A stretch of 64,000 nt of DNA from Candidatus Latescibacterota bacterium (GCA_965203355.1 OZ241889.1:1248001-1312000), one strand, 5' to 3'. Shown: positions 10,020 through 19,800, numbered from the stretch's first letter. The notes: generated by a model from the sequence alone, not told the origin. Made by a program: numbers and translations.

Positions 10020-11210
10020 TTATCGGTAGTCCGCCGGCGTCTTGCCGTCGTTGTCTTTGGCGTTTAGGTCTGCTCCATGCTCAAGCAAGAGTTTCGCCGT
10101 CTCGCTGTTGTCCAGTATTGCTGTGTAGTGTAACGGCGTCTTGCCGTCGTTGTCTTTAGCGTTTAGGTCTGCTCCATGCTCAAGCAAGAGTTTCGCCGTC
10201 TCGCTGTTGTCCAGTATTGCTGTGTAGTGTAACGGCGTCTTGCCGTCGTTGTCTTTAGCGTTTAGGTCTGCTCCATGCTCAAGCAAGAGTTTCGCCGTCT
10301 CGCTGGCGTTGTTCCGTGCTGTCCAGTGTAACGGCGTCTGTTCGTATTTGCCTTTAGCGTTTGGTTCTGCTCCATGCTCAAGCAAGGCTTCGGTGGTCTT
10401 GACGGCGTCTTTGTATGCTGTCCAGTGTAACGGCGTCTCGCCGTCTTTGTCTTTGGCGTTTGGGTCTGCTCTATGCTCAAGCAAGAGTTTCGCCGTCTCG
10501 CTGTTGTCCAGTATTGCTGTCCAGTGTAACGGCGTCTTGCCGTTGTTGTTTTTAGCGTTTGGGTCTGCTCTATGCTCAAGCAAGAGTTTCGCCGTCTCGC
10601 TGGCGTTGTTCCGTGCTGTCCAGTGTAACGGCGTCCAGCCGTCGTTGTCTTTAGCGTTTGGTTCTGCTCCATGCTCAAGCAAGAGCTTCGCCGTCTCGCT
10701 GGCGAAATAGACTGCTGCGGCTGCCCAGTGTAACGGCGTCTCGCCGTCTTTGTCTTTGGCGTTTGGTTCTGCTCCATGCTCAAGCAAGAGCTTCGCCGTC
10801 TCGCTGGCGTTGTTCCGTGCTGCTTCGTGTAGCGGCGTCTCGAGCGGTGTCTTGCCCCATAAGTCTTTAGCGTTTGGTTCTGCTCCATGCTCAAGCAAGA
10901 CCTTCGCGGCTTCGCTGGCGTTATAAACTGCTGCGTAGTGTAACGGTGTCTTGTCATAGTTGTTTTTAGCGTTTGGGTCTGCTCCAAGTGCTAGCAAGAC
11001 CGTTGCTCTCTTGGCGTTGTTCTCTATTGCTGCTTCGTGTAATGTTCTTATGTGATCATCGGCTTGGGCGTTTGGGTCTGCTCCGCTATCAAGAAAGTCT
11101 ATCGCCTTCTTGATAGTGTTCTTTTTCAATGTTCCCACGTGTAACGGCCCCTTGTGGTCACACCCTAGGCTTCCAAGTATCAATGTTGTGATTAGTAGGC
11201 GTCTGCTCAT
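10020..11210 (-). CDS. Ankyrin-repeat lipoprotein (about 10 repeats), C-terminally truncated
   Basis: Lipobox LGSLGC; repeated GKTPLH...SETAKLLLEHGAxPNAKD units; ends mid-repeat. Confidence 0.93.
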   Translation of the reverse strand: MSRRLLITTLILGSLGCDHKGPLHVGTLKKNTIKKAIDFLDSGADPNAQADDHIRTLHEAAIENNAKRATVLLALGADPNAKNNYDKTPLHYAAVYNASEAAKVLLEHGAEPNAKDLWGKTPLETPLHEAARNNASETAKLLLEHGAEPNAKDKDGETPLHWAAAAVYFASETAKLLLEHGAEPNAKDNDGWTPLHWTARNNASETAKLLLEHRADPNAKNNNGKTPLHWTAILDNSETAKLLLEHRADPNAKDKDGETPLHWTAYKDAVKTTEALLEHGAEPNAKGKYEQTPLHWTARNNASETAKLLLEHGADLNAKDNDGKTPLHYTAILDNSETAKLLLEHGADLNAKDNDGKTPLHYTAILDNSETAKLLLEHGADLNAKDNDGKTPADYR

Positions 11211-11325
11211 GGCTTTGTCTCCTTCCCTTCGTCCAGCTACTCGGCTGGTGCTGGTAGCTCTCCGCTTGCGGTCGCGGTCGCTGTGGTGGATTAACGTTAA
11301 TTTCGGTTATCAGTAGTATTTCGGC

Positions 11326-11691
11326 CTATTCGATGGCTCCATACTGACGCAATAGCTCGGCGGTTTCGCTGGCGTCGGTGGCTGTTGCCCATTGTAACGG
11401 CGTCTTGCCTTCGTTGTCTTTGGCGTTTACGTATGCGCCATGCTCAAGCAAGGCTTCGGTGGTCTTGATGGCGTTCTCACGTGCTGCGAAGTGTAACGGC
11501 GTATTGCCGTCTTTGTCTTGGGCGTGGATGTTCTCTTCATACTCAAGCAAGAGCCTTGCGGCTTTGTTGGCGTTCTCGCGTGTTGCCCAGTATAACGGCG
11601 TCTTATCGTCGGTGTGGTTTGTAGGCGTCTTGTCGTCGGTACATCCTAGGCTTCCAAGTATCAACGTTGCGATCAGTATGCTTGTGGTCAT
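11326..11691 (-). CDS. Short ankyrin-repeat lipoprotein (about 3 repeats)
   Basis: MTTSILIATLILGSLGC lipobox; TPLYWA, TPLHFAA, TPLQWA; SD AGGAG. Confidence 0.9.
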   Translation of the reverse strand: MTTSILIATLILGSLGCTDDKTPTNHTDDKTPLYWATRENANKAARLLLEYEENIHAQDKDGNTPLHFAARENAIKTTEALLEHGAYVNAKDNEGKTPLQWATATDASETAELLRQYGAIE

Positions 11692-11756
11692 TGTCTTGTC
11701 TCCTGAGCGTGTGAGAGGTGGTATATGTGCCACGGCCGACTTGTCTCCAGCCAAAA

Positions 11757-13565
11757 TCAATCGTCGTCTTCGCGCTCACTGAGCAATTCGCCGCGCTGGA
11801 GCCGCTCGGCGTTTTCCGTGGCCCAGAGGATGTTCTTCATCACCTTTTGCGCGGTGATGTAGCGGGTCGCCGCCAACAGGTGGACGCGCTTTTCCTCGAG
11901 GTCGTCGCTCAACTCGTAGTGCCGGAACGCGGCTTCGAGCACTTGGAACATGTGCAGCTCGGCGTCTTCGCGGAGCATGATGTGGGCCAAGGTGTGGCGG
12001 AGCGTGGCGATGTCGCGCCCTTCTTCGAGATATTGGCTGACGAGGACTTCGGACTCGAATACCTTCTGAAAGTCGGCCAATTCCCCGAGGTGCTGGAGCA
12101 TGGCTTCGCTGGAGGCGAAGGGCTCGTCGAGCTTTTGTCCGCGCCGTGGGACGCGGGCGGAAGGCATGTTGAGCCAGCGCAGGTAGGTGAGAAAGACCGC
12201 GCCGTGGAAAATGGCGCGCAACAGCTCTTTGCTGGCAGCGTAGTGGAAGGTGCAGTAGAGCGCGTGGGCGTAGGAATAAATGTTGGCTACGTCGTGCCAG
12301 TCGCCCTCGTTCTTGAGGTGGAAGCGCAAGGTGCGCTGTGCGCTGGCATAGGCCATGGCGCGGCAGAGTTGGGTCGGCGGAACGCCAGCGCGCAGGGCCG
12401 CTTCGACGCGGGCGAGGATGGGTTCAAAGTCGTCGCCGAGCATGACTTGGGCGAACTCGGAGATGTCGATGGTCGCTTCGTTGCGCTGATTGTCCGCCCA
12501 GATCTCGTCTAGGCGGGCGAAGATGTTTTCTAAGTGCGGCAAGCTGTCGGCCCAGCGCGAGGTCTCTTCGTGGCGGGTGCGAGTCACCAGATCGACGACA
12601 ATCGGGCGGAGAATCTCGTGCGCACCGACCCATTCCACGTAGTCGAGGGCCTCAAACATTTTGTTGGCAAAGTCGAGGGCGTGTCCGTCGCCCGTGAAGT
12701 AGAAGTCCGTGGCCGCGGCGAAGACAAAATCCGCGAGGGTTTCCTTGCCGCAGCCGCGGTCGTGCAGGGTGAGCAAGATGCGCTCGGCCGCGCCGTGGTG
12801 CCGCTGATCGACAAAGGTGCGAAACCAGCGCTTGAGCGTGGCCAAGTCTTGGTCGGCATGGCTGCGGGGAAAGGGGAAACGCTGACGACGCGACGAGCCC
12901 GAGGTGCGTAGCGAGATTTGGTTCAAGCCGTGGACGAGAAAGAGATTTTGGTCGGCTTCGGCGATGTCGTCCCACAGGTTCGCGGCGAGAGTTATGATGG
13001 CGACGCCCGACGACCAGCCCTCGCTGGTTTTGTGTGCGCCGTAATAAAGCCCCTGTTGGATGATTTCCTGCGGGGTGGCACCGGTCTGGCGAAGCGCGGC
13101 GACCGCTTTGGCAATGAGGAAGGAACTGCGGTCTTTAAGCCCCTGTTCGAGCGTGCGCTTGCCCCGGGCCACGAGCCGCAGGCGGGCCTCCTCCTTCTCG
13201 CCGGGCGGTACGCCAACCCAAGCATAGCCATCGTCGCGCACTTCTACGGGAAAGGCTTTCAGGTCGTCTCCCGACGTCAGCAGGCAGCCGCCGGTCTTTA
13301 GGTCGAATTCCCAGTGGTGCCAGTGGCAGATTAGCACGCCGTCGCGGATGCTGCCTTTGGACATGGGGTAGCCCATGTGCGGACAGCGATTGTCAACGGC
13401 GTGGAAGGACCCTTCGTAGAGAAAAACGGCGAGGTGAATGCCGTCAACGGTAAAGGGCCGACCCTCGCCTGCGGCAAATTCGCGAGCCGGTGCGAGCCGG
13501 TGATAGACGCAAGTTGCTGGATCGACATCAATCTGCGGTTGCATTTTGCTGAGCGGGGTGGACAT
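11757..13565 (-). CDS. Rieske 2Fe-2S domain protein with large helical C-terminal region
   Basis: DNRCPHMG and CHWHHWEFDL Rieske motifs; SD AGGAGG. Confidence 0.88.
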   Translation of the reverse strand: MSTPLSKMQPQIDVDPATCVYHRLAPAREFAAGEGRPFTVDGIHLAVFLYEGSFHAVDNRCPHMGYPMSKGSIRDGVLICHWHHWEFDLKTGGCLLTSGDDLKAFPVEVRDDGYAWVGVPPGEKEEARLRLVARGKRTLEQGLKDRSSFLIAKAVAALRQTGATPQEIIQQGLYYGAHKTSEGWSSGVAIITLAANLWDDIAEADQNLFLVHGLNQISLRTSGSSRRQRFPFPRSHADQDLATLKRWFRTFVDQRHHGAAERILLTLHDRGCGKETLADFVFAAATDFYFTGDGHALDFANKMFEALDYVEWVGAHEILRPIVVDLVTRTRHEETSRWADSLPHLENIFARLDEIWADNQRNEATIDISEFAQVMLGDDFEPILARVEAALRAGVPPTQLCRAMAYASAQRTLRFHLKNEGDWHDVANIYSYAHALYCTFHYAASKELLRAIFHGAVFLTYLRWLNMPSARVPRRGQKLDEPFASSEAMLQHLGELADFQKVFESEVLVSQYLEEGRDIATLRHTLAHIMLREDAELHMFQVLEAAFRHYELSDDLEEKRVHLLAATRYITAQKVMKNILWATENAERLQRGELLSEREDDD

Positions 13566-13771
13566 GCGCGTTGCCTCCTGTGGAATGGACTGCCAAGAAT
13601 ATGCGCGATTTGGCGGTGTGGGGCGAGGGGTTTGTGTTGACTTGCCGTGCCAAACGCGATCATGTTCTTAAAGTATCGTTGGGGCTATGCGCTAGGCATG
13701 GGTCGCTCGATTCTGCGGCGCCTTTGGCGAAGCAGCGCCGTACCATCCGCACCAAGGAAAGGAGATTTTCC

Positions 13772-14215
13772 ATGACTTTGCGAATTTTGCTGGCAGGTGT
13801 GCTCTTTTTGGGCGGCCTGGTCGCCGAAGAGGCGACCGCACGCGGCAAGCGCGTAAGCCAGATGCCCAATGGGGCTGCATTTAGCTGTAACGCCTGCCAC
13901 ACGGCTGGGGGCGGTTCGCCGCTCAACTCGTTTGGCCTGGCAGTCAAAACCGACTTCCTCACCGCCGCCGGTGCCGCTGGTGACGTGATTTGGGGCCCAG
14001 CGCTGGCGGCCTTGGACTCGGATGGCGATGGCGCGTCTAATGGCGTGGAACTGGGCGACCCCGACGGCACTTGGGTCGCGGGCGATGCCAGTCCAGCAGT
14101 TGAAACGTTTCATCCCGGCGACCCCGAGAGTACCCCGCCGCTGCCACCGCCAGACACGGCGGTTGCGGAAACGACGTGGGGGCAAATCAAGAAGCTGATC
14201 GGCCCGCTCGACTGA
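13772..14215 (+). CDS. Secreted temptin-like protein with CxxCH heme-binding motif and TWGxIK tail
   Basis: Signal peptide; MPNG...CNACH...GGG..NSFG...W...DSDGDGASNGVELGDP; Pro linker; C-terminal TAVAETTWGQIK; SD AAGGAG. Confidence 0.75.
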   Translation: MTLRILLAGVLFLGGLVAEEATARGKRVSQMPNGAAFSCNACHTAGGGSPLNSFGLAVKTDFLTAAGAAGDVIWGPALAALDSDGDGASNGVELGDPDGTWVAGDASPAVETFHPGDPESTPPLPPPDTAVAETTWGQIKKLIGPLD

Positions 14216-14288
14216 GTGGAGCGAATGGCTCGGCAATTTTTAATCTCGCGATGGCATTGAAAACCACCGCCCGGCGTGGGTTTGCAAC

Positions 14289-16517
14289 ATGACGGCAAAC
14301 AGTAGAGAGCAACACTTTGCCATTGAGGGCATGCACTGCGCTAGCTGTGTGCGGCAGGTCGAGCAGCAGGTGTCCGGCTTGGTCGGCGTTGAAGTGGCTG
14401 ACGTCAATTTGGCCACCGAGCAGATGGCCGTGCGCTTTGACCCGGCAGCCGTAGATGAGGAAATCATTGCCGCGGCCGTGGCAAAAGCGGGGTTCCGGGC
14501 GCGGCTGCAAGTGCCCGAAGCGGCCAGCGCGGCTAGGCGACAGACGCGCAAGCGCGCCGAACTCACCGAGCAAGCAGGGGCCTTTGGCTGGGCGGCTGCG
14601 TTTTGGCTGCCGCTCTTTGCCGGGGAGATGGCCGAGCAGATGGGCGCACCCGTTGCCCAAACGCTGTCCTTGGCTCAGCATCCGCTGCGGGTGGGCGTTC
14701 TACATCTGTTGTGGGTGTTGCCGGTGATGTGGATTGGCCGCCCGATCTACGCCGAGGGCGGGCAGGCTCTGTGGCGGGGCCGACCCAACATGTTTTCGCT
14801 CATCGCCATTGGCACGGCGGCGGCGTGGAGCTACAGTGCTTGGGGCTTGGCGGCTGTTGCTTTGGGCGCGGCGGCGGCGTTTGACTCCTATTTCCCGACG
14901 GTTGCGACGATCATCACGCTGATGCTGATGGGCCGCTATCTCGAAGCGCGCTCGCGGTTGCGGGCCGAGGAGGCCATAGGTGGCCTGTTGCAGCTCAAAC
15001 CCGACAAGGCTGCGCTGGTGACGGACGATGGGGAGCGGGAAATCGCGGCTGATGCCATCGAAGTCGGCGATTGTCTGCGCGTGCGCCCGGGCGAGCGCAT
15101 TCCAGCCGACGGTGAAGTCGTCGAAGGAAATTCTACGGTGGATGAGTCGCTGCTGACCGGCGAGTCGCTGCCCGTGGCCAAGGCGCCGGGTGCTGCCGTG
15201 ACGGGCGGCAGTCTCAATGGCGAGGGTGCGCTCATGGTCCGCGCAACGTGCGTGGCTGGGGAGGCGCGGCTGATGCAAATGGTGCGCTTAGTCGAGGCCG
15301 CGCAGGCGGGCAAAGCGCCCATTGCCCGTTTGGCCGATGTCGTCGCCGGGTATTTCGTGCCGGCCGTGCTGGTCGTCGGCGCGGTGGCGGCGGTGGGTTG
15401 GCTGTGGGCCGGGGAGAGTTTGAGCTTTGCGTTGCAGGTTTTTGTGACCGTATTGATCATCGCCTGTCCGTGTAGTTTGGGCTTGGCCACGCCGGCCGCC
15501 ATCATGGTCGGCACGGGCCGCGGTGCGCGTTTAGGCATTCTGTTTAAAAGCCCAGCGGTGCTGGAAACGGCGCACAAGGTAGATGCGGTAGTGCTGGACA
15601 AAACCGGCACGATCACCGAAGGGCGACCGCAGGTCGTGGCGGTGGAGCCGTTAAATGGCCGTCGCGCCGACGAAGTGCTGAGCTTGGCCGCGGCCGTAGA
15701 GCGCGGCTCGGAGCATCCGCTGGCCGCCGCGATTGTGGCCGCAGCCGCCGAGCGGGGGCTTGCCGTGCCAGCGGCTAGTGCCGTTGTGGCGAGTCCGGGC
15801 AAAGGGGCGCAGGCTGTGGTGGAGGGCGCGGCCGTAGTGGTGGGCAATCGCGCCATGATGGCCGCGGCCGGAGTCCGCATAGCCGAAGACAGCGGATCAG
15901 CGGACGGTGCCACGGTCGCGTGGGTCGCGGTGGGGGGCGCATTGGTTGGCCGCGTGTCGTTGGCCGACCGCCCTCGTCCGCAGAGCAAGGACGAGGTGGC
16001 GCGGCTGCGCCAATGCGGTTTGGCGGTGGTGATGCTCACGGGCGATAGCCGTCCGGCCGCGGAAACTGTGGCGCGTCAGGTGGGCATTGAGACCGTGTGC
16101 GCCGAGGTCTTGCCCGCAGACAAGGCCGCGGTCGTGCGGGCTTTGCAAGCCGAGGGCCGCTGCGTGGCCATGGTCGGCGACGGGATCAACGACGCGCCCG
16201 CGTTAGCTGCCGCCGATGTGGGCATGGCCTTTGCCACCGGAACGGACGTGGCGGCCGCGTCGGCCCCGGTGGTACTCATGCACAGCCGGTTGGCGGATGT
16301 GGCGCGGGCTATTGAACTGAGCCGAGCGGTTGTGCGGACCATAAAGCAGAATTTGTTCTGGGCGTTTTTTTACAATGCCGCGGGCATTCCAGTGGCCGCC
16401 GGTGCGCTGTACCTGTTCGGCGGCCCGCTGCTCGATCCAATGCTGGCAAGTCTGGCGATGGCCTTTTCGTCGGTGTCGGTGGTGATGAACGCGCTCCGGT
16501 TGCGGCACTTTGGCTGA
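14289..16517 (+). CDS. copA: Cu(I)-translocating P1B-type ATPase
   Basis: HMA GMHCASC, TGES, CPC, DKTGT, SEHP, GDGIND, YN and MAFSS transmembrane motifs. Confidence 0.93.
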   Translation: MTANSREQHFAIEGMHCASCVRQVEQQVSGLVGVEVADVNLATEQMAVRFDPAAVDEEIIAAAVAKAGFRARLQVPEAASAARRQTRKRAELTEQAGAFGWAAAFWLPLFAGEMAEQMGAPVAQTLSLAQHPLRVGVLHLLWVLPVMWIGRPIYAEGGQALWRGRPNMFSLIAIGTAAAWSYSAWGLAAVALGAAAAFDSYFPTVATIITLMLMGRYLEARSRLRAEEAIGGLLQLKPDKAALVTDDGEREIAADAIEVGDCLRVRPGERIPADGEVVEGNSTVDESLLTGESLPVAKAPGAAVTGGSLNGEGALMVRATCVAGEARLMQMVRLVEAAQAGKAPIARLADVVAGYFVPAVLVVGAVAAVGWLWAGESLSFALQVFVTVLIIACPCSLGLATPAAIMVGTGRGARLGILFKSPAVLETAHKVDAVVLDKTGTITEGRPQVVAVEPLNGRRADEVLSLAAAVERGSEHPLAAAIVAAAAERGLAVPAASAVVASPGKGAQAVVEGAAVVVGNRAMMAAAGVRIAEDSGSADGATVAWVAVGGALVGRVSLADRPRPQSKDEVARLRQCGLAVVMLTGDSRPAAETVARQVGIETVCAEVLPADKAAVVRALQAEGRCVAMVGDGINDAPALAAADVGMAFATGTDVAAASAPVVLMHSRLADVARAIELSRAVVRTIKQNLFWAFFYNAAGIPVAAGALYLFGGPLLDPMLASLAMAFSSVSVVMNALRLRHFG

Positions 16518-16577
16518 ATCGCTGTCTTTGAGTAGGAGAAAATTCGCTGCGCTCAGCACGACATTGCGGAGGACGTT

Positions 16578-17810
16578 ATGGCTACCATTATGATGGTTGG
16601 GGCGTTTGACACCAAGGGCGTGGAATACGCCTTCTTGCGTACGCAGATTTTGGCCCGTGGCCACGAGGTTGTCGCCGTGAACACGGGCGTTATGGGCGAG
16701 TGCGAAGCCTTTGCCGCGGATGTGGATGCCAGCGCGGTGGCGACGGCGGCTGGCACGTCGCTGGAGTCGCTGCGGGCGGCGGGCGATCGCGGGGCCGCCA
16801 TGAAGGCTATGGGTGCGGGCGCGGCTAAAGTGGCGGCGCAAGGGTATGCCGAGGGGCGGTTTGACGGCATCGTCGGCATGGGCGGGTCCGGCGGCAGCAG
16901 CGTAGTGACCGCGGCCATGCGCGCCCTGCCGGTGGGCGTACCCAAGGTGTGCGTTTCGACGGTGGCGGCGGGCGACACCACCGCGTACGTGGGCAGCAAG
17001 GACGTGGTGCTCATTCCGTCTGTTGTCGATGTGGCCGGAGTCAATCGGATTTCGCGGGTGATTTTCACGCGAGCCGCTGGCGCGATCTGCGGCATGGTCG
17101 AAGCCGAGCCAGCACCGGCTGCCGATGACAAGCCAATCGTCGTCGCCTCGATGTTTGGCAACACCACGGAATGCGTAAATGCGTGTAGCGAGGCGCTGGC
17201 GGCGCGCGGGTACGAGGTCTTGGTCTTTCACGCCACGGGCACGGGCGGCCGCGCCATGGAGTCGCTCATCGACGAAGGCTTGGTGGATGCCGTGCTGGAC
17301 ATCACCACCACCGAGTGGGCCGACGAAGTGTGCGGCGGCGTCTTCAGCGCGGGGCCAGCGCGCTTGAGCGCGGCGGGCCGGGCGGGTTTGCCCCAGCTCG
17401 TGGTTCCCGGCTGCGTAGATATGGCCAATTTTGGCGGCATGGATACGGTGCCGCAGCGATACAAGGACGGCATGCGTCTCTTTTACGAGTGGAACCCAGC
17501 CGTGACCTTGATGCGCACCAATGCCGAGGAAAATGTGCAGATGGGCCGGATATTCGCCGAAAAGCTCAACGCCGCCACCGGTCCGGTCGCCGTGCTCATT
17601 CCGCTTAGAGGCGTGTCGATCCTCGACGGCGATGGCGCGTTGTTTTGCGACCGCGAAGCCGACCGCGCCTTTGGCGACGCCCTCAAAGCCCGCTTGGACG
17701 AGGGCATCCTCGTCCGCGAAGTCGATTACAACATCAACGATCCAGCGTTTGCAGCCGCGGCGACCGCGCTGCTACTGGAGCTAATTGCCGAGAAAGCAGG
17801 AGCGCGATGA
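16578..17810 (+). CDS. Tm-1-like ATP-binding domain protein (UPF0261)
   Basis: GAFDTKGVE, GGSGGS, LPVGVPK, SVVDVAGVN, FHATGTGG, DITTTE. Confidence 0.92.
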   Translation: MATIMMVGAFDTKGVEYAFLRTQILARGHEVVAVNTGVMGECEAFAADVDASAVATAAGTSLESLRAAGDRGAAMKAMGAGAAKVAAQGYAEGRFDGIVGMGGSGGSSVVTAAMRALPVGVPKVCVSTVAAGDTTAYVGSKDVVLIPSVVDVAGVNRISRVIFTRAAGAICGMVEAEPAPAADDKPIVVASMFGNTTECVNACSEALAARGYEVLVFHATGTGGRAMESLIDEGLVDAVLDITTTEWADEVCGGVFSAGPARLSAAGRAGLPQLVVPGCVDMANFGGMDTVPQRYKDGMRLFYEWNPAVTLMRTNAEENVQMGRIFAEKLNAATGPVAVLIPLRGVSILDGDGALFCDREADRAFGDALKARLDEGILVREVDYNINDPAFAAAATALLLELIAEKAGAR

Positions 17811-18220
17811 GCGAGAAAAAGACATTCGTACAATGTGCAGACGTGGAGACCCAGGTCTTTGACTGGGGCCGCCTGAACTGGCTTTCCGAGCCGCTGGTGA
17901 CCGCGGCCGAGCACTTTAGCTGCGGCGTGGTGGAACTGGCCCCGGGCAAGGGCCACGAGCGCCACAATCACCCGTATAGCGAGGAAATTCTCTACGTGAT
18001 AGAGGGCACTGGGGTTCAGACGGTGGAGTTGGCGGCGGGCCTGTTGGAAAAGGAGATCGGTCCAGGGGAGTTGGTCCACATTCCGACGGCCGTGTATCAC
18101 TCGACGGTCAACAATGGGGACGGCCCGATGAAGTTGATCGCCATCTACGCGCCGTTTGGGCCGGAGGCCGAGCTGCGGCAGATGGCGGGGGTGCGGATAG
18201 AAAAGGCGTTAAACGGATAG
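17807..18220 (+). CDS. Cupin domain protein
   Basis: GHERHNHPYSEEILYVIEG...VYHST; ATGA coupling. Confidence 0.9.
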   Translation: MSEKKTFVQCADVETQVFDWGRLNWLSEPLVTAAEHFSCGVVELAPGKGHERHNHPYSEEILYVIEGTGVQTVELAAGLLEKEIGPGELVHIPTAVYHSTVNNGDGPMKLIAIYAPFGPEAELRQMAGVRIEKALNG

Positions 18221-18226
18221 GCGGCT

Positions 18227-19054
18227 ATGGCTTTTACGAGAGAAGAGGTGCTCGCGAGATTGCGGCAGAACATCGCGGCCGGGACGCCCATTATCGGCGC
18301 GGGCGCGGGCACCGGGATCAGTGCGAAGTTCGAAGAGGCTGGCGGGGTTGATTTGATTGTGATTTACAATTCCGGGCGATTTCGCATGGCGGGCCGCGGA
18401 TCGCTGGCCGGGACTATGCCATATGGGGACGCCAATGCGATTGTGATGGATATGGCTGGGGAGGTGCTGACGGTGGTGGAGGATACGCCGGTGCTGGCCG
18501 GCGTGTGTGGAACCGATCCGTTCCGGCAGATGGACGTTTTCTTGCGCGAGGTGGCAGCCATCGGGTTTTCCGGCGTACAGAATTTTCCGACCGTGGGCCT
18601 GATCGACGGGTTGTATCGGCAGAACTTAGAGGAGACCGGGATGGGGTATGGGGCGGAGGTGGAGATGATCCGCACGGCGCACGAGATGGGGTTGTTGACA
18701 ACGCCTTATGCGTTTAATCCCCAAGAGGCCGAGCAGATGGCGGCGGCCGGTGCAGACATTGTGGTGGCGCACGCTGGGCTTACCACCAAAGGCGCGATTG
18801 GCGCGGCGACCGCGCTGACTTTGGCGGAATCAGTCGGGTTTGTGCAGGCGATATGCGACGCGGCGCGGGGCGCGTCCGAAGCGGTGATTGTGCTGTGCCA
18901 CGGAGGGCCGATTGCCGAGCCGGAGGACGCCGAGTACGTGTTGCAAAACACGCAGGGTGTCGATGGCTTCTACGGCGCGTCGAGCATGGAGCGGTTGCCG
19001 GTGGAAGTGGCGATTACCGAGCACGTGAAGAAGTACAAGGCCATCCGCTTTTGA
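18227..19054 (+). CDS. Phosphoenolpyruvate hydrolase-like TIM-barrel protein
   Basis: [46 protein letters not shown]. Confidence 0.92.
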   Translation: MAFTREEVLARLRQNIAAGTPIIGAGAGTGISAKFEEAGGVDLIVIYNSGRFRMAGRGSLAGTMPYGDANAIVMDMAGEVLTVVEDTPVLAGVCGTDPFRQMDVFLREVAAIGFSGVQNFPTVGLIDGLYRQNLEETGMGYGAEVEMIRTAHEMGLLTTPYAFNPQEAEQMAAAGADIVVAHAGLTTKGAIGAATALTLAESVGFVQAICDAARGASEAVIVLCHGGPIAEPEDAEYVLQNTQGVDGFYGASSMERLPVEVAITEHVKKYKAIRF

Positions 19055-19064
19055 TCCGGCCCGA

Positions 19065-19610
19065 TTGAAGCCAATGCGCCCTTTGCGCAAAGTTGAAGTG
19101 AAGCGGCTCTTTGCGGACGCGGCGAAGCGCTATCCGCCCAAGGTGGAGCTAGCCTTTTTACTACAGAGCGTGGAAGACCCGCTCAACGTCGGCTCGATGT
19201 TTCGCATTGCCGATGCGTGTGGGGCGCGGGAGTTGGTTTTTACCGGTGTGACGCCCGCGCCGCCGCACGAGGATATTGAGCGCACGGCGCGGGGGCACGA
19301 GCGGCGCGTGGCATGGCGGCGGATTGGGCGCGTGGACGAAGCGGCGGATGCACTGCGGGCCGAAGGGTATCACTTGGTGGCGTTGGAAATGGTGCAGGGG
19401 GCGGTGTGCTATTTGGAATACGATTTCCCCGACAAAGTATGTTTGGTGCTCGGCAACGAGTCCAAAGGCGTCTATCGACAGACCTTGGCCCTGTGCGACG
19501 GCGCGGTCTATATCCCCATGTACGGCAAGGGGCCGTCGATGAATGTCCACGTAGCCGGTGCGCTGGTGGCCTATCGGGCATTGCTTGGGAAAGGGAACAG
19601 TGGGCAGTGA
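19065..19610 (+). CDS. TrmH/SpoU family RNA methyltransferase
   Basis: NVGSMFRIADA, LGNESKG, IPMYGKGPSMNV. Confidence 0.9.
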   Translation: MKPMRPLRKVEVKRLFADAAKRYPPKVELAFLLQSVEDPLNVGSMFRIADACGARELVFTGVTPAPPHEDIERTARGHERRVAWRRIGRVDEAADALRAEGYHLVALEMVQGAVCYLEYDFPDKVCLVLGNESKGVYRQTLALCDGAVYIPMYGKGPSMNVHVAGALVAYRALLGKGNSGQ

Positions 19611-19800
19611 CCCGTGGTCAGTGGCCAGTGGCCAGTCCCAACCCACCCCCGGAAGCGATCTGACCACAGATTATCGATCATCGATCACCGATCACCGGCT
19701 GCTGACCACTGATCACTGCCCACTTATCACTGCCCACTGATCCCCGGCTACTGACGACTGGCTACTGACGACTGGCTACTGACGACTGGCTACTGACCAC
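19598..19800. repeat. Inverted arrays of heptamer repeats
   Basis: About 5 CAGTGGY-like units (19598-19636) and 20 in-register CTGACCA/CTGGCTA/CTGACGA-like units (19660-19799) in opposite orientation, between convergent genes. Confidence 0.9.

Noticed and set aside
11210-11326. Integron attC site between the ankyrin genes
   Set aside because: TAAC/GTTA are adjacent with no intervening stem arms, and no integrase is present
14936-16039. Long antisense ORFs over copA and other GC-rich genes
   Set aside because: Shadow ORFs expected from high-GC codon bias; no recognisable motifs
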